The notes: a model not told the origin generated them from the sequence alone. DNA of 52,527 bases from an uncultured Geothermobacter sp. (GCA_964441925.1 CAYTVY010000002.1:1-52527), one strand, 5' to 3'. Shown: positions 7,773 through 17,531, counted from the stretch's first letter. Numbers and translations are program-made.

Positions 7773-9326
7773 ATGGCGACGGAAAAGAGCGAACAGAAGT
7801 CCGTCCTCGGCATGCTGCAGGACTGGCCCCTCTCCCGCAAACTGAGTCTGGCCGGGGTCACCCTGATCTGCCTGATCTTCTTTGCCGTCCTGATCATTCA
7901 GGCCCGGGTGGCCGACTACAGTCTGCTGTTCGCCAACCTGACACCGACCGACGCGGCGGCGGTGGTCGAATGGCTCAAGGACCGCAAGATCCCCTACCAG
8001 CTGAAAAACGATGGTCAGGCGATCTACATTCCCGCCGACAAGGTCCACGAGAGCCGGCTGCAGCTCGCCGGCGAAGGGCTGCCCCAGGGCGGCGGCGTCG
8101 GCTTCGAGATCTTCGACCGGCAGAGCTTCGGCATGACCGATTTCGCCCAGAAGATCAATTTCCGCCGCGCCCTGCAGGGGGAACTCGCCCGCACCATCGC
8201 CTCGCTGTCACCCGTCCAGGGGGCCCGCGTCCATCTCGCCCTGCCGGAAAAACGGCTGTTCCGCTCGCAGCAGCAGGAACCGACCGCCTCGGTCATCGTC
8301 AAACTCGCCGCCGGCCGGCGCCTGAGCCGGTCGCAGATCAACGGTATCGTCCACCTGGTCGCCGGCAGTGTCGAAGGGCTGGAGCCGGAAAAGGTCACCG
8401 TGGTCGACGCCAGCGGCAAGATCCTGAACAAGCCGGAGTCCGGTCCGGCCGACGACGCGACCGCCCCGGCCATGCTGTCGCACCAGGCGGCCCTCGAGGC
8501 GCGCCTGGAACAGCGGGCCCAGGCCCTGCTCGACCGGGCTCTGGGGGCAGGCAACTCCCTGGTCCAGGTCACCGCCCAGATCGACTTCACCAAACGGGAA
8601 CGGATGGAGGAGATCTATGATCCGAAGCGCACCGCCGTGGTCAGCGAGCAGGTGACGGAAGAGAAGACCGGTTCGCTGTCGAGCGGCGGCACCGTCGGCA
8701 TCGACAGCACCCTCAACGGCGACCAGCCGACGGTGACGACGCCGCCGTCGAGTCGCACCGAGGAGACGACCAACTACGAGGTGAGCAAGATCGTCAGCAA
8801 GTACGTGGAACCGGTCGGCAAACTGAAAAACCTTTCCGTCGCCGTGCTGGTGGCCGACCGGCGGGTGCAGACCGAATCGGGGGAAACGACCTTCCAGCCC
8901 CGCGATGCCAAGGAGCTGGCGGCCATCGAACAGATGGTCCGCAGCGCCCTCGGTATCAGCGACCAGCGCGGTGACGTGATCAGCGTCGTCTCCATGCCGT
9001 TCGAGACCGACATCCTGGCCGAGCCGATTCCCGAACCGGGGCCCATGGAACGGGTCAACGACTATCTGCCGCTGATCCGTTACCTGCTGATCGCCGTCGC
9101 CGGCCTGCTTGCCTATTTCCTGCTGCTCAGGCCGCTGCTGCGCAGCCTGCAGCCCGAGCCGGTGCCGCAGTACAAGACCGTCGAGGAGCTGGAGCAGGAG
9201 TTGCTCGAGGGAGGCGAGGCCGCCCTGCTGGCGGCCAAGGATCCGGCGGAACGCCTGCGGCGCCAGCTGATGCAGTCGCAGTCGTCACCAACCCAGGTGG
9301 TCAAGGCATGGATGCAGGAGAACTGA
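7773..9326 (+). CDS. fliF: Flagellar MS-ring protein FliF
   Basis: Two TM segments; GFEIFD...FGMTDF...RALQGELARTI...ARVHLALP. Confidence 0.97.
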   Translation: MATEKSEQKSVLGMLQDWPLSRKLSLAGVTLICLIFFAVLIIQARVADYSLLFANLTPTDAAAVVEWLKDRKIPYQLKNDGQAIYIPADKVHESRLQLAGEGLPQGGGVGFEIFDRQSFGMTDFAQKINFRRALQGELARTIASLSPVQGARVHLALPEKRLFRSQQQEPTASVIVKLAAGRRLSRSQINGIVHLVAGSVEGLEPEKVTVVDASGKILNKPESGPADDATAPAMLSHQAALEARLEQRAQALLDRALGAGNSLVQVTAQIDFTKRERMEEIYDPKRTAVVSEQVTEEKTGSLSSGGTVGIDSTLNGDQPTVTTPPSSRTEETTNYEVSKIVSKYVEPVGKLKNLSVAVLVADRRVQTESGETTFQPRDAKELAAIEQMVRSALGISDQRGDVISVVSMPFETDILAEPIPEPGPMERVNDYLPLIRYLLIAVAGLLAYFLLLRPLLRSLQPEPVPQYKTVEELEQELLEGGEAALLAAKDPAERLRRQLMQSQSSPTQVVKAWMQEN

Positions 9327-9330
9327 GAGC

Positions 9331-10350
9331 ATGATCACCGACAAGAACTTCGCCAAACTGACCGGAGTCGAGAAGGCGGCCATCCTGCTCCTCTGTCTCG
9401 GTGAGGAAACGACCAGCCGGGTCTTCGAGGAGCTGCCGGACGACGACGTCCGCATCCTCAGCCGCTGCATGATGAACATCAGCCACGTACCGTCCAACCT
9501 GGCCAAGGACGTGATCGAGGCCTTCAAACGCGATTCCTCCGAGTACACCGGACTGTTCGTCCAGGGACGGGAGTTCGTCCGCAAGGCGATCTCGTCGGCC
9601 GGCGACCCGGAACGGGCCAACAACCTGATCGAGCAGGTGGAGAACACCGCCGATGAGCGTCCGCTGGAGACCATCTCGCTGATGCAGCCGCGCATGGTGG
9701 CCAGCCTGCTGCAGGCGGAGCATCCGCAGACCGTGGCCCTGATTCTCTCGACCCAGAAACCGGAACACGCCAGCCGGATCATCTCCTTTCTGCCCGAGGA
9801 GATGCGGGCCGACATCATGTACCGCATTGCCAACATCGACAAGGTGTCACACGAGGTGATCGCCCAGATCGAGGAAGCCCTGCAGCGTGAGATCGGCGTC
9901 GTCACCGGCAACGACCAGCAGACGGTCGGCGGCGTCGACAAGGCGGTGGAGATTCTCGCCCGGCTGGAAGGCGGTCTCGACAAGGACATTCTCGATGCCA
10001 TCGACGAAGCCGATTCGGAACTGGCCGAGGAGATCAAACGGCGCATGTTCACCTTCGAGGATCTGGCCGAGCTCGACAACCGTGCCCTGCAGACCATCCT
10101 GCGCGAGGTCAACAACGATCAGCTGACCATGGCCCTGAAGAGCTGTTCCGATTCGGTGAAGGAGAAGATCTTCAGCAACATCTCGGAACGGGCCGCCGCC
10201 ATGATCGAGGAGGATCTCGAAGCCATGGGACCGGTCCGGCTCTCCGAAGTCGAGGCGATGCAGCAGGCGATCGTCGAGATCGCCCTGAAACTGGAAGAAG
10301 AAGGCCAGATCGTGATTGCCGGCCGCGGAGGTGGCGATGTCCTTGTCTAG
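9331..10350 (+). CDS. fliG: Flagellar motor switch protein FliG
   Basis: KAAILLL, EHPQTVALIL, GG, MFTFEDL and GPVRLSEVE motifs. Confidence 0.97.
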   Translation: MITDKNFAKLTGVEKAAILLLCLGEETTSRVFEELPDDDVRILSRCMMNISHVPSNLAKDVIEAFKRDSSEYTGLFVQGREFVRKAISSAGDPERANNLIEQVENTADERPLETISLMQPRMVASLLQAEHPQTVALILSTQKPEHASRIISFLPEEMRADIMYRIANIDKVSHEVIAQIEEALQREIGVVTGNDQQTVGGVDKAVEILARLEGGLDKDILDAIDEADSELAEEIKRRMFTFEDLAELDNRALQTILREVNNDQLTMALKSCSDSVKEKIFSNISERAAAMIEEDLEAMGPVRLSEVEAMQQAIVEIALKLEEEGQIVIAGRGGGDVLV

Positions 10351-10987
10351 AATCCATCGTGCCCAGGAGTTCGCCAACCTGCAGCAGGTGCAGTTCGTCA
10401 ACTTCGACGATCCCCAGGATCCGCCGCAACCGGCCGATCCCGTCTTCTCCGAACCAGCGGCAGCCCAGGCATCGTCTCCCTCCCCCGAACATCTCAGCCA
10501 GGAGGAGGCCTACAGCCGCGGCCGCCGGGACGGCCGCAGGGAAGCGGAGGAGCAGTTTGAAAAGACCGTTTCCGCCCTGGCCAGGGGACTGGAGGAGATC
10601 AGCCGCCTGCGCGAATCGATTCTCAAGAACAGCAGCCAGGACATGCTGCGCCTGGTTTTGACCATCGCCCGGCAGGTGATCCACCGTGAGGTCACCGTCA
10701 GCCCGGACATCGTCCTGTCGACCATCAACATGGCCCTGCAGGCGGCGGTCCGTTCCGATTCCTACGTCATTCACGTCAACCCGGCCGATCTCGAACTGGT
10801 CGAGGAACGCAAGCCGCTCTTTCTGGCCAGCATCAAGGGGCTGGAGAACATCTACTTCAAGGCCGACGAGAACATCGAACGGGGCGGCTGCCTGGTCGAG
10901 TCGGATCTCGGGCAGGTCGACGCCACCATCGAGGGCCAGCTGGAGGAAGTCAGGAAAACCCTGCTGGGAGCCGTCGAGGAGAACTGA
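10337..10987 (+). CDS. fliH: Flagellar assembly protein FliH
   Basis: AYSRGRRDG repeat; VNPADL; IERGGCLVESDLGQVDA; lies between fliG and fliI. Confidence 0.92.
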   Translation: MSLSRIHRAQEFANLQQVQFVNFDDPQDPPQPADPVFSEPAAAQASSPSPEHLSQEEAYSRGRRDGRREAEEQFEKTVSALARGLEEISRLRESILKNSSQDMLRLVLTIARQVIHREVTVSPDIVLSTINMALQAAVRSDSYVIHVNPADLELVEERKPLFLASIKGLENIYFKADENIERGGCLVESDLGQVDATIEGQLEEVRKTLLGAVEEN

Positions 10988-12366
10988 TGGAACGACTGCT
11001 GGAAAAGGTGGCCTGCCTCAATCCGATGCGGGTCTGCGGCAAGGTGGTACAGATCGTCGGCCTGGTGGTCGAGGGCTACTGTCCAAGCGCCACCGTCGGC
11101 ACCCTCTGCCAGCTGCAGCCGCTCAACGGCGACGAACCGATACTGGCCGAAGTCGTCGGTTTCCGCGGCGACCGCGCCCTGCTGATGCCGCTGGGTGAAC
11201 TGCGGGGGCTGGGGCCGGGAAGCCTGATCCGGGTTCTGCGCGACAGCGCCACCCTGGCGGTCGGCGAAAGGCTGCTCGGCCGGGTCGTCGACGCCATGGG
11301 GCGGCCGATCGACGGTCTGCCCGACCCGGACTGCGAGTGGGAGATGCCGATCTACGCCCTGCCCGCCGGCCCTCTCGACCGGGAAAAGATCGACCGGCCT
11401 CTCGAACTGGGAATCCGCGCCATCGACGGTCTGCTGACCTGCGGCATCGGTCAGCGTATGGGCATCATGGCCGGCTCGGGTGTCGGCAAGAGCGTACTGC
11501 TCGGCATGATGGCCCAGCACACGCGCGCCGATGTCAACGTCATCGCCCTGATCGGCGAACGCGGCCGGGAGGTGCGCGAATTCATCGAGCGTGACCTCGG
11601 ACCGGAAGGCCTGGCCCGTTCGGTCGTGGTGGTGGCGACCTCGGACCAGTCGCCGCTGCTGCGCATGCGCGGAGCCTTCGTCGCCACCACCATCGCCGAA
11701 TATTTCTGCCGGCAGGGCAAAAACGTGCTGCTGATGATGGACTCGGTCACCCGCTTCGCCATGGGCATGCGCGAGGTCGGTCTGGCCATCGGTGAGCCGC
11801 CGACCACCAAGGGCTACACGCCGTCGGTCTTCGCCACCCTGCCCAAGCTGCTGGAGCGGGCAGGCAACTTCAAGGGTCAGGGAAGCATCACCGGACTCTA
11901 TACCGTCCTGGTCGAGGGGGACGACATGAACGACCCGGTGGCCGACACGGTGCGCTCGATTCTCGACGGCCATATCGTGCTGTCGCGCGAGCTGGCGGCC
12001 CGCAACCACTACCCGGCCATCGACATCCTCACCTCCGCCAGCCGGGTGATGCGCGAAGTCACCGATACCGAGCACCAGCGGGCCGCCGGCTGGATGCGCG
12101 AGATGCTGGCCACCTACCGGGAGGCGGAAGACCTGATCAACATCGGGGCCTACGTCAAGGGCAACAACCCCAAGATCGATCAGGCCATCGGCAAGATCGA
12201 TGCGATCAACGCCTTTCTGCGCCAGGCCATGGACGACGAAACCGACTTCGCAACGACGCGCCGGAGAATCCTGGAGCTGACGGCACCTTCGCCGGCCGCG
12301 GAACCGAAGATCGTCCCCGCCCCGCCGCAGCCGGCGGCCGTCTATCAGGGAGCGACGGCGACATGA
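10987..12366 (+). CDS. fliI: Flagellar export ATPase FliI
   Basis: Walker A AGSGVGKS; LIGERGREV; MMDSVTRF; EGDDMNDP; LDGHIVL. Confidence 0.97.
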   Translation: MERLLEKVACLNPMRVCGKVVQIVGLVVEGYCPSATVGTLCQLQPLNGDEPILAEVVGFRGDRALLMPLGELRGLGPGSLIRVLRDSATLAVGERLLGRVVDAMGRPIDGLPDPDCEWEMPIYALPAGPLDREKIDRPLELGIRAIDGLLTCGIGQRMGIMAGSGVGKSVLLGMMAQHTRADVNVIALIGERGREVREFIERDLGPEGLARSVVVVATSDQSPLLRMRGAFVATTIAEYFCRQGKNVLLMMDSVTRFAMGMREVGLAIGEPPTTKGYTPSVFATLPKLLERAGNFKGQGSITGLYTVLVEGDDMNDPVADTVRSILDGHIVLSRELAARNHYPAIDILTSASRVMREVTDTEHQRAAGWMREMLATYREAEDLINIGAYVKGNNPKIDQAIGKIDAINAFLRQAMDDETDFATTRRRILELTAPSPAAEPKIVPAPPQPAAVYQGATAT

Positions 12367-12407
12367 AAACATTCACTGCCGGGTCCGCCCCGGGGAAGGC
12401 TTGAGCC

Positions 12408-12851
12408 ATGGGTAAAAAATTCAAACTGCAGGCCCTGCTGAACTACCGGGAGATTCTCGAACGCCAGGCCAGGCAGGAGCTGGCCGGCCGGCTCAGGATG
12501 CAGGAGAGCCTGCTCGCCGAAATCAACCGGCAGCGTGACGAACTCGACATGCTCTGCCGCGATTTCGTCCAGCGGCAGGCCGCCGGGATGTCGGCGGCGG
12601 ACATGCGCCTGTTTCAGGCCAACATCCAGCTGCGTCAGCAGGAACTGGTCACCCTGGAAGAGAACCTGCAGCAATGCAACCGGGACGTCACCCTGGCCCG
12701 GGAAAAACTGCTGAAAGCCAGTCAGGACAAGAAATCGGTCGAAAAACTCAGAGAACGTCACCTGCAGGAACAGCGCCGACTCGTCCGCCAGATGGAAAAC
12801 CGGAACCTGGACGAAATCGCCCTGCGCCGCCAGAACGGAGGCCTGGCATGA
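12408..12851 (+). CDS. fliJ: Flagellar export protein FliJ
   Basis: N-terminal KKFKLQALL; coiled coil; C-terminal LDEIA; follows fliI. Confidence 0.9.
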   Translation: MGKKFKLQALLNYREILERQARQELAGRLRMQESLLAEINRQRDELDMLCRDFVQRQAAGMSAADMRLFQANIQLRQQELVTLEENLQQCNRDVTLAREKLLKASQDKKSVEKLRERHLQEQRRLVRQMENRNLDEIALRRQNGGLA

Positions 12852-13348
12852 ACCGGCGGCTCTTCACGGCCTCGGCCCTGCTCGTTCTGTTGCTGTCGGC
12901 TTTCGCCGGCACCGTTCCGGCGGCCGACACCCCGCCGGCGTCACCGGCCAGCGTCGAGGAGCGGCGGCTGCTGGCCGAAATCGAAAAACACCGCCGCGCC
13001 CTGCAACAGAAGGAGGAAGCCCTGCGCGAACGGGAGACCGAACTCGACAGTCTGCAACGGGAGCTGGAGGCGCGCCTGGCCAGGCTCGAAAGCCTGCGCG
13101 ACGAGATTGCGCGGATGCTGCAACAAAAGGACGCCGCAGAACAGGAGCGCATCACCGAGCTGGCCCGGATGTACGAAAAGATGGACAAAGCCAAGGCGGC
13201 CAGCCTGCTCGAAAAGATGGACTGGGATCTTTCGCGGGAGATCCTGGCCCGCATCAAGACCAAGATCCGCGGCAAGATCCTCACCCAGATGTCCCCGTCC
13301 TACGCCATCCGCTTTACCAGGGCCTACTCGACCCTGGAACGGAACTGA
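12848..13348 (+). CDS. MotE/FlbB/YlxF-like flagellar protein (signal peptide, coiled coil, MgtE_N-like C-terminus)
   Basis: Start MNRRLF overlaps the fliJ stop; LARMYEKMDKAKAASLLEKMD...GKILTQM motif; usual position between fliJ and fliK. Confidence 0.75.
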   Translation: MNRRLFTASALLVLLLSAFAGTVPAADTPPASPASVEERRLLAEIEKHRRALQQKEEALRERETELDSLQRELEARLARLESLRDEIARMLQQKDAAEQERITELARMYEKMDKAKAASLLEKMDWDLSREILARIKTKIRGKILTQMSPSYAIRFTRAYSTLERN

Positions 13349-13413
13349 GGACCAGGACGGTTCTGGATACAGGCGCAAGACCCCATTCCCAAAGAGAAAG
13401 GAGGTGAAAAAAG

Positions 13414-14853
13414 ATGAACATGATGGCTCTACCCATGGCAACCGTCGGTGCCCTGCCGGCGCCCGGCAGCCCTCTCACGGTGGAGGCGGCAGACGCCACC
13501 GGCACCGAGAGAACCTTTGTCGCACTGCTCAATGGCAATCTCCAAAAAGACGGTTCTCCCGCCGGTCTGAACCCGGACGCCCTGGCGCAACTGGCGGCAC
13601 TGCTGGCGAATCAACAGGCAACGCCGCAGCAGGATGTGCCGCCCGGCGCGGACGGCACGCCGCCGCGGGAAGGCGCCGGCCTGAAGCCACCCGCCGGCCG
13701 GGGCCTCAACCTGTCCGTGCAGGCATTCGTGATCCAGCCGTCCCCCCAGACGGCAACCGGACTCACGACAGCCGTGCCGGCCGGCGACGACGGACTGCGG
13801 AACCGGGCAACACGGGCAGCAACAGCAACCGGCGGCAAACAACCGCAGTTGGTCATACCGCCCGACCTGTTCCGGCCGGAACCGGAGGAGAACAACCTCG
13901 TCCGCATCGTCAGAAGCGGAGTCGGCCGGCCACTGCCACTGCCGAACGACCGGGAGGTTCCCTCTCCGGTCGGGCCGTCCCCGGGCTCCCTCCCACCACC
14001 GGTCGACAAAAGCGGCCAACGGCAAACCGAACCGGTGATGAGCCTGACGGAAAAGCGCTTTGCCCGCCTGCTCGGCGACCAGGAACGGCCGACGGCGACA
14101 ACCGCCGGTGTGGTCCGGCCGGCCGCCCGGGCCGATCAGCCCGCTTCATCGCCGGCCGCGGAGCAAACCGCGCCCCGGATGCCGGAACCGGCTCCGGCTC
14201 CGGCTCCGGACCCGGCAGGACGCCATGCCGCCACCGACCCGACTGCACAGCCCCTCGTCGTCGCGCCGGCAACCGCCCGCAGCGACACGCCGCCACAGGC
14301 GCCGGCAACACCGGCGGCCCGGCCCGGGTCGGACCTGCATCCGGGCTCGGGCGGCAAAGTCGCCGAGCGGGTGGTCGTCGAGCAGGTGGTCAGCCACTTC
14401 GGCCGCACCGGCAAGCTGGAAAGCGGCCAGGCCAGCCTGCGCCTCTACCCCGAGGAACTGGGCGAGGTCCGCCTCGACATCGATATCCGGGACAACCGGG
14501 TATCCGCCACCCTGCAGGCCCAGTCGCACCAGGTTCAGGACGTCCTGAACCGTCATCTCGACAGCCTGCGGCAGGCCCTCGAACACCAGGGGCTGCGGGT
14601 CGACCGGATCGAGGTCAGGGTGGCGGCGGAAAGCCCGCCGGCCGCCGGCCATGAACAGGCCTTTACCGGCCACTTCTCCGGGCAGCAGTTCGCCGGCCAC
14701 TTCTTTGGGCAGTCCTTTCAGCGCTCCGGGCACCAGAGCTGGCAGAGTGACTTCGACGGCTGGCCGCCCGATACACCGGAGCATTCCGTCGAACCGGAGC
14801 CTGTCGTCAACCGTCCCGCACAGCCCCGTGCGGGCCTGAGCCTGCGCGTATAG
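13414..14853 (+). CDS. fliK: Flagellar hook-length control protein FliK
   Basis: Pro/Ala-rich disordered region plus C-terminal LRLYPEELGEVRL...LDSLRQALEHQGL. Confidence 0.92.
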   Translation: MNMMALPMATVGALPAPGSPLTVEAADATGTERTFVALLNGNLQKDGSPAGLNPDALAQLAALLANQQATPQQDVPPGADGTPPREGAGLKPPAGRGLNLSVQAFVIQPSPQTATGLTTAVPAGDDGLRNRATRAATATGGKQPQLVIPPDLFRPEPEENNLVRIVRSGVGRPLPLPNDREVPSPVGPSPGSLPPPVDKSGQRQTEPVMSLTEKRFARLLGDQERPTATTAGVVRPAARADQPASSPAAEQTAPRMPEPAPAPAPDPAGRHAATDPTAQPLVVAPATARSDTPPQAPATPAARPGSDLHPGSGGKVAERVVVEQVVSHFGRTGKLESGQASLRLYPEELGEVRLDIDIRDNRVSATLQAQSHQVQDVLNRHLDSLRQALEHQGLRVDRIEVRVAAESPPAAGHEQAFTGHFSGQQFAGHFFGQSFQRSGHQSWQSDFDGWPPDTPEHSVEPEPVVNRPAQPRAGLSLRV

Positions 14854-14878
14854 ACGCGCAACGAACCGAGGAGGCCAC

Positions 14879-15547
14879 ATGTCCATCATCAACGGCATAG
14901 GCAGCCAGCCATCAGCCGCGGCAGCCTCATCGCCTCTCGCCACGCAAACCCTTGGCAAGGAGGATTTTCTGCAACTGCTGGTGGCCCAGCTGCAGAACCA
15001 GGATCCGCTCAACCCGGCCGATCCGACGGCGTTCACCGCCCAGCTCGCCCAGTTCAGCTCACTGGAGCAGATGGTCAACATGAACAAGAGCCTCGAGGGA
15101 CTCGGATCGCTCAGCAGCGACATGGAGCGGCTTTCGGCCCTGGGCCTGATCGGCCGGCAGGTCGTGGCGGAGACGGACATCTTCCGTTACCAGGGCACAC
15201 CGGTCGAATTCGGCTACCGGCTGCCGGTCGCCGCCGGCGAGGTGTCGGTCCACATCCTCAACGCCAACAACCAGACGGTGGCCACCCTGCCGGCACCGGA
15301 CACCTCGGCCGGTGAGCATTTCTTCAGCTGGGACGGCCGCAACGACGCGGGGATCCCCCTGCCATCCGGCGACTACCGGATCGTGGTGGTCGCCAGGGAC
15401 ATGGATGACCAGAAGATCGAAGTCACCACCCTGGTGCGGGCGACCGTCGACGGCGTGCAGCTCGACACCGGCGGCGCACGGGTGGAAACCGCCAGCGGCG
15501 CCTTCGCCCTGGACAAGCTGCAGAACGTGAAGGAGGCCACACCGTGA
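14879..15547 (+). CDS. flgD: Flagellar hook capping protein FlgD
   Basis: LGKEDFLQLLVAQLQNQDPLNP...QLAQFSSLEQ; WDGRN...G.Y Ig-like domain. Confidence 0.96.
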   Translation: MSIINGIGSQPSAAAASSPLATQTLGKEDFLQLLVAQLQNQDPLNPADPTAFTAQLAQFSSLEQMVNMNKSLEGLGSLSSDMERLSALGLIGRQVVAETDIFRYQGTPVEFGYRLPVAAGEVSVHILNANNQTVATLPAPDTSAGEHFFSWDGRNDAGIPLPSGDYRIVVVARDMDDQKIEVTTLVRATVDGVQLDTGGARVETASGAFALDKLQNVKEATP

Positions 15548-15930
15548 CCACACCGCTCACCATCGTTCCACGCCCGCTCGGCAGCCCTGCTGTCGGCCGG
15601 CAACCGGAGCGGAGCGGCACGAAGTGCCGGCCGTCGGCATCCTTCGACCAGCTGCTGCAGCAACGCGTCGGGCGCCCGTCATTGCGCTTTTCGCGCCACG
15701 CCACCGAGCGCATGGGCCAGCGGGGCATCCGTCTCGACGCAACGCAGAGCAGGCGGCTGGAAGAAGCCGTGGCCAGAGTCGGTGGCAAGGGAGGCAAAGA
15801 CGCCCTGGTGCTGCTCGACAACCTGGCGCTGGTCGTCAGCATCCGCAACGGTACGGTCGTCACAGTGGCCGACGGTCACAACCTGAAAGGAAACGTCTTC
15901 ACCCATATCGACAGTGCGGTGATCGCCTGA
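15544..15930 (+). CDS. Flagellar operon protein (TIGR02530-like)
   Basis: FDQLL...LRFSRHATERM.QRGI...DALVL...ALVVSIRNGTVVT...NVFTHIDSAVIA; lies between flgD and flgE. Confidence 0.85.
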   Translation: MTTPLTIVPRPLGSPAVGRQPERSGTKCRPSASFDQLLQQRVGRPSLRFSRHATERMGQRGIRLDATQSRRLEEAVARVGGKGGKDALVLLDNLALVVSIRNGTVVTVADGHNLKGNVFTHIDSAVIA

Positions 15931-15940
15931 TCACCCCAGC

Positions 15941-16014
15941 CGAACCGGTCCTCAGCGAGGAGGTTCGCGGGCCGCCGACCGATCGACGCGGCCCATCGAA
16001 GGAGGAAACGAACC
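15941..16014 (+). promoter_or_regulatory. Structured flgE leader (two hairpins, candidate cis-regulatory RNA)
   Basis: Stem CGAACC/GGTTCG enclosing CCTC/GAGG; stem GGGCCGC/GCGGCCC with loop CGACCGATCGAC; then SD AAGGAGG. Confidence 0.55.
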
Positions 16015-17286
16015 ATGGGCATTGCAAGCAGTCTCTACAGCGGCGTTTCCGGCCTGAATGTCAACAGCCAGGCCATGAGCGTCATCGGCAACAATATCGC
16101 CAACAGCAACACCATCGGTTTCAAGACCAGCCGGGCCCTGTTCGCCGATCTGCTCTCGAGCAAGGTTTCCGGCTCGGGAGGCACCTCCGAAATCGGCCGC
16201 GGCGCCGGGCTTTCGACCGTCGACAACATCTTCAGCCAGGGCACCTTCCAGAACACCGAACTCAACTCCGATCTCGCCATCGAGGGGCCCGGCTTCTTCA
16301 TGGTCGCCGATCCGGTCACCTCGGAGCTGCGCTTCACCCGCGCCGGTGCCTTCCGCTTCGACGCCGACGGTTATCTGGTCAACCCGGAAGGGTTCAAGGT
16401 CCAGGGCTACATGCTCGACCTGAACGGCAACACCGTCGGCGACCTGACCGACATCAAGGCCAACACCCGCTCCTTCAGCCCGGCCAACGCCACCGCCAAC
16501 ATCACCCTGAACACCAACCTCAACTCCAATGCCCCCTATGTCGGACCGTTCGATGTCACCGACCCGGCCAACACCTCCAACTACGCGGCCTCGATCCAGG
16601 TCTACGACTCGCTGGGGCAGACCCACCTGCTGACGACCTACTTCACCAAGCTCGATCCGGCGACCAATCCGCGGGAATGGGGCTGGTACACCACCGTCGA
16701 CAGCAGCGAGATCGGCGGCACGCCCGGCACCCTGACCATCGTCGGTCAGGGCACCCTGCAGTTCGACACCACCGGCCAGCTGACCGCACCGGTGGTCGGG
16801 GTCACCAATCCCGGCGCCCTGACCTGGACCAACGGCTCCGACCAGACCCAGCAGATCGCCATCGACCTGCAGACCACCCAGTTCGCCAGCGATTCGGTGG
16901 TGGTCGCCCAGGAGCAGGACGGCTACGGCACCGGCACCCTGGTCAAGCTGACCATCGACAACGACGGCTACATCATCGGCAACTTCAGCAACGGCCAGCC
17001 CCGCAAACTGGCGCAGATCGCCCTGGCCAAGTTCTCCAACCCCGGCGGTCTGGCCAAGGAAGGCGCCAACCTCTTCTCCGTCTCCGCCAAATCGGGACCG
17101 CCGATCATCGGTACCGTCGGTTCCGGCGTCGGCAAGATCTTCACCAATTCGCTGGAACAGTCGAACGTCGATCTGGCCCAGGAGTTCGTCAAGATGATCA
17201 CCACCCAGCGCGGCTTCCAGGCCAACTCGAAGATCATCACCACCACCGACGAAATGCTCAACGAACTGATCAACCTCAAGCGCTAG
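16015..17286 (+). CDS. flgE: Flagellar hook protein FlgE
   Basis: SLYSGVSGL...VIGNNIANSNTIGFK; DLAIEG.GFF; TRAGAF; LEQSNVDLAQEFVKMITTQRGFQAN. Confidence 0.97.
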   Translation: MGIASSLYSGVSGLNVNSQAMSVIGNNIANSNTIGFKTSRALFADLLSSKVSGSGGTSEIGRGAGLSTVDNIFSQGTFQNTELNSDLAIEGPGFFMVADPVTSELRFTRAGAFRFDADGYLVNPEGFKVQGYMLDLNGNTVGDLTDIKANTRSFSPANATANITLNTNLNSNAPYVGPFDVTDPANTSNYAASIQVYDSLGQTHLLTTYFTKLDPATNPREWGWYTTVDSSEIGGTPGTLTIVGQGTLQFDTTGQLTAPVVGVTNPGALTWTNGSDQTQQIAIDLQTTQFASDSVVVAQEQDGYGTGTLVKLTIDNDGYIIGNFSNGQPRKLAQIALAKFSNPGGLAKEGANLFSVSAKSGPPIIGTVGSGVGKIFTNSLEQSNVDLAQEFVKMITTQRGFQANSKIITTTDEMLNELINLKR

Positions 17287-17307
17287 TACGTCCGGGCGCC
17301 GTCCCGG

Positions 17308-17321
17308 GTCAAAATCATGAC
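17308..17321. promoter_or_regulatory. Putative FleQ/FlrA-like enhancer box
   Basis: GTCAAAATCATGAC (GTC-N8-GAC), about 130 bp upstream of the motA sigma54-like promoter. Confidence 0.45.
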
Positions 17322-17327
17322 GCACCG

Positions 17328-17367
17328 GCGGGCCGTCCGTTTCCTCCACGGGCGGCCCGTCCTCTTC
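17328..17367 (+). terminator. Stem-loop after flgE (possible terminator)
   Basis: GCGGGCCGTCCGT-loop-ACGGGCGGCCCGT followed by a weak pyrimidine tract. Confidence 0.45.
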
Positions 17368-17450
17368 ATCGATCCGCCGAAAAAAAATTCCTGTTGTTTT
17401 CCGGCGACTTTCAAGCCCGTCCCCGTGTCAATTTTTTCGCTTCTTCACGG

Positions 17451-17466
17451 TGGCACACCTCTTGAT
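17451..17466 (+). promoter_or_regulatory. Sigma54-like promoter for the motA-flgJ operon (variant -12)
   Basis: TGGCACACCTCTTGAT: canonical -24 TGGCAC, with TTGA rather than TTGC at -12. Confidence 0.55.
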
Positions 17467-17531
17467 AAACCCTGCCCCAGCGGCCTTCGCGGCCAAGAGA
17501 AAACCCATATTTCACCCTCACGAGGAAATCG

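Noticed and set aside
14180-14215. CCGGCT short tandem repeat in fliK
   Set aside because: Encodes a PAPAPAP linker, ordinary for FliK; a unit of 6 keeps the frame, so it is not a phase-variation switch.
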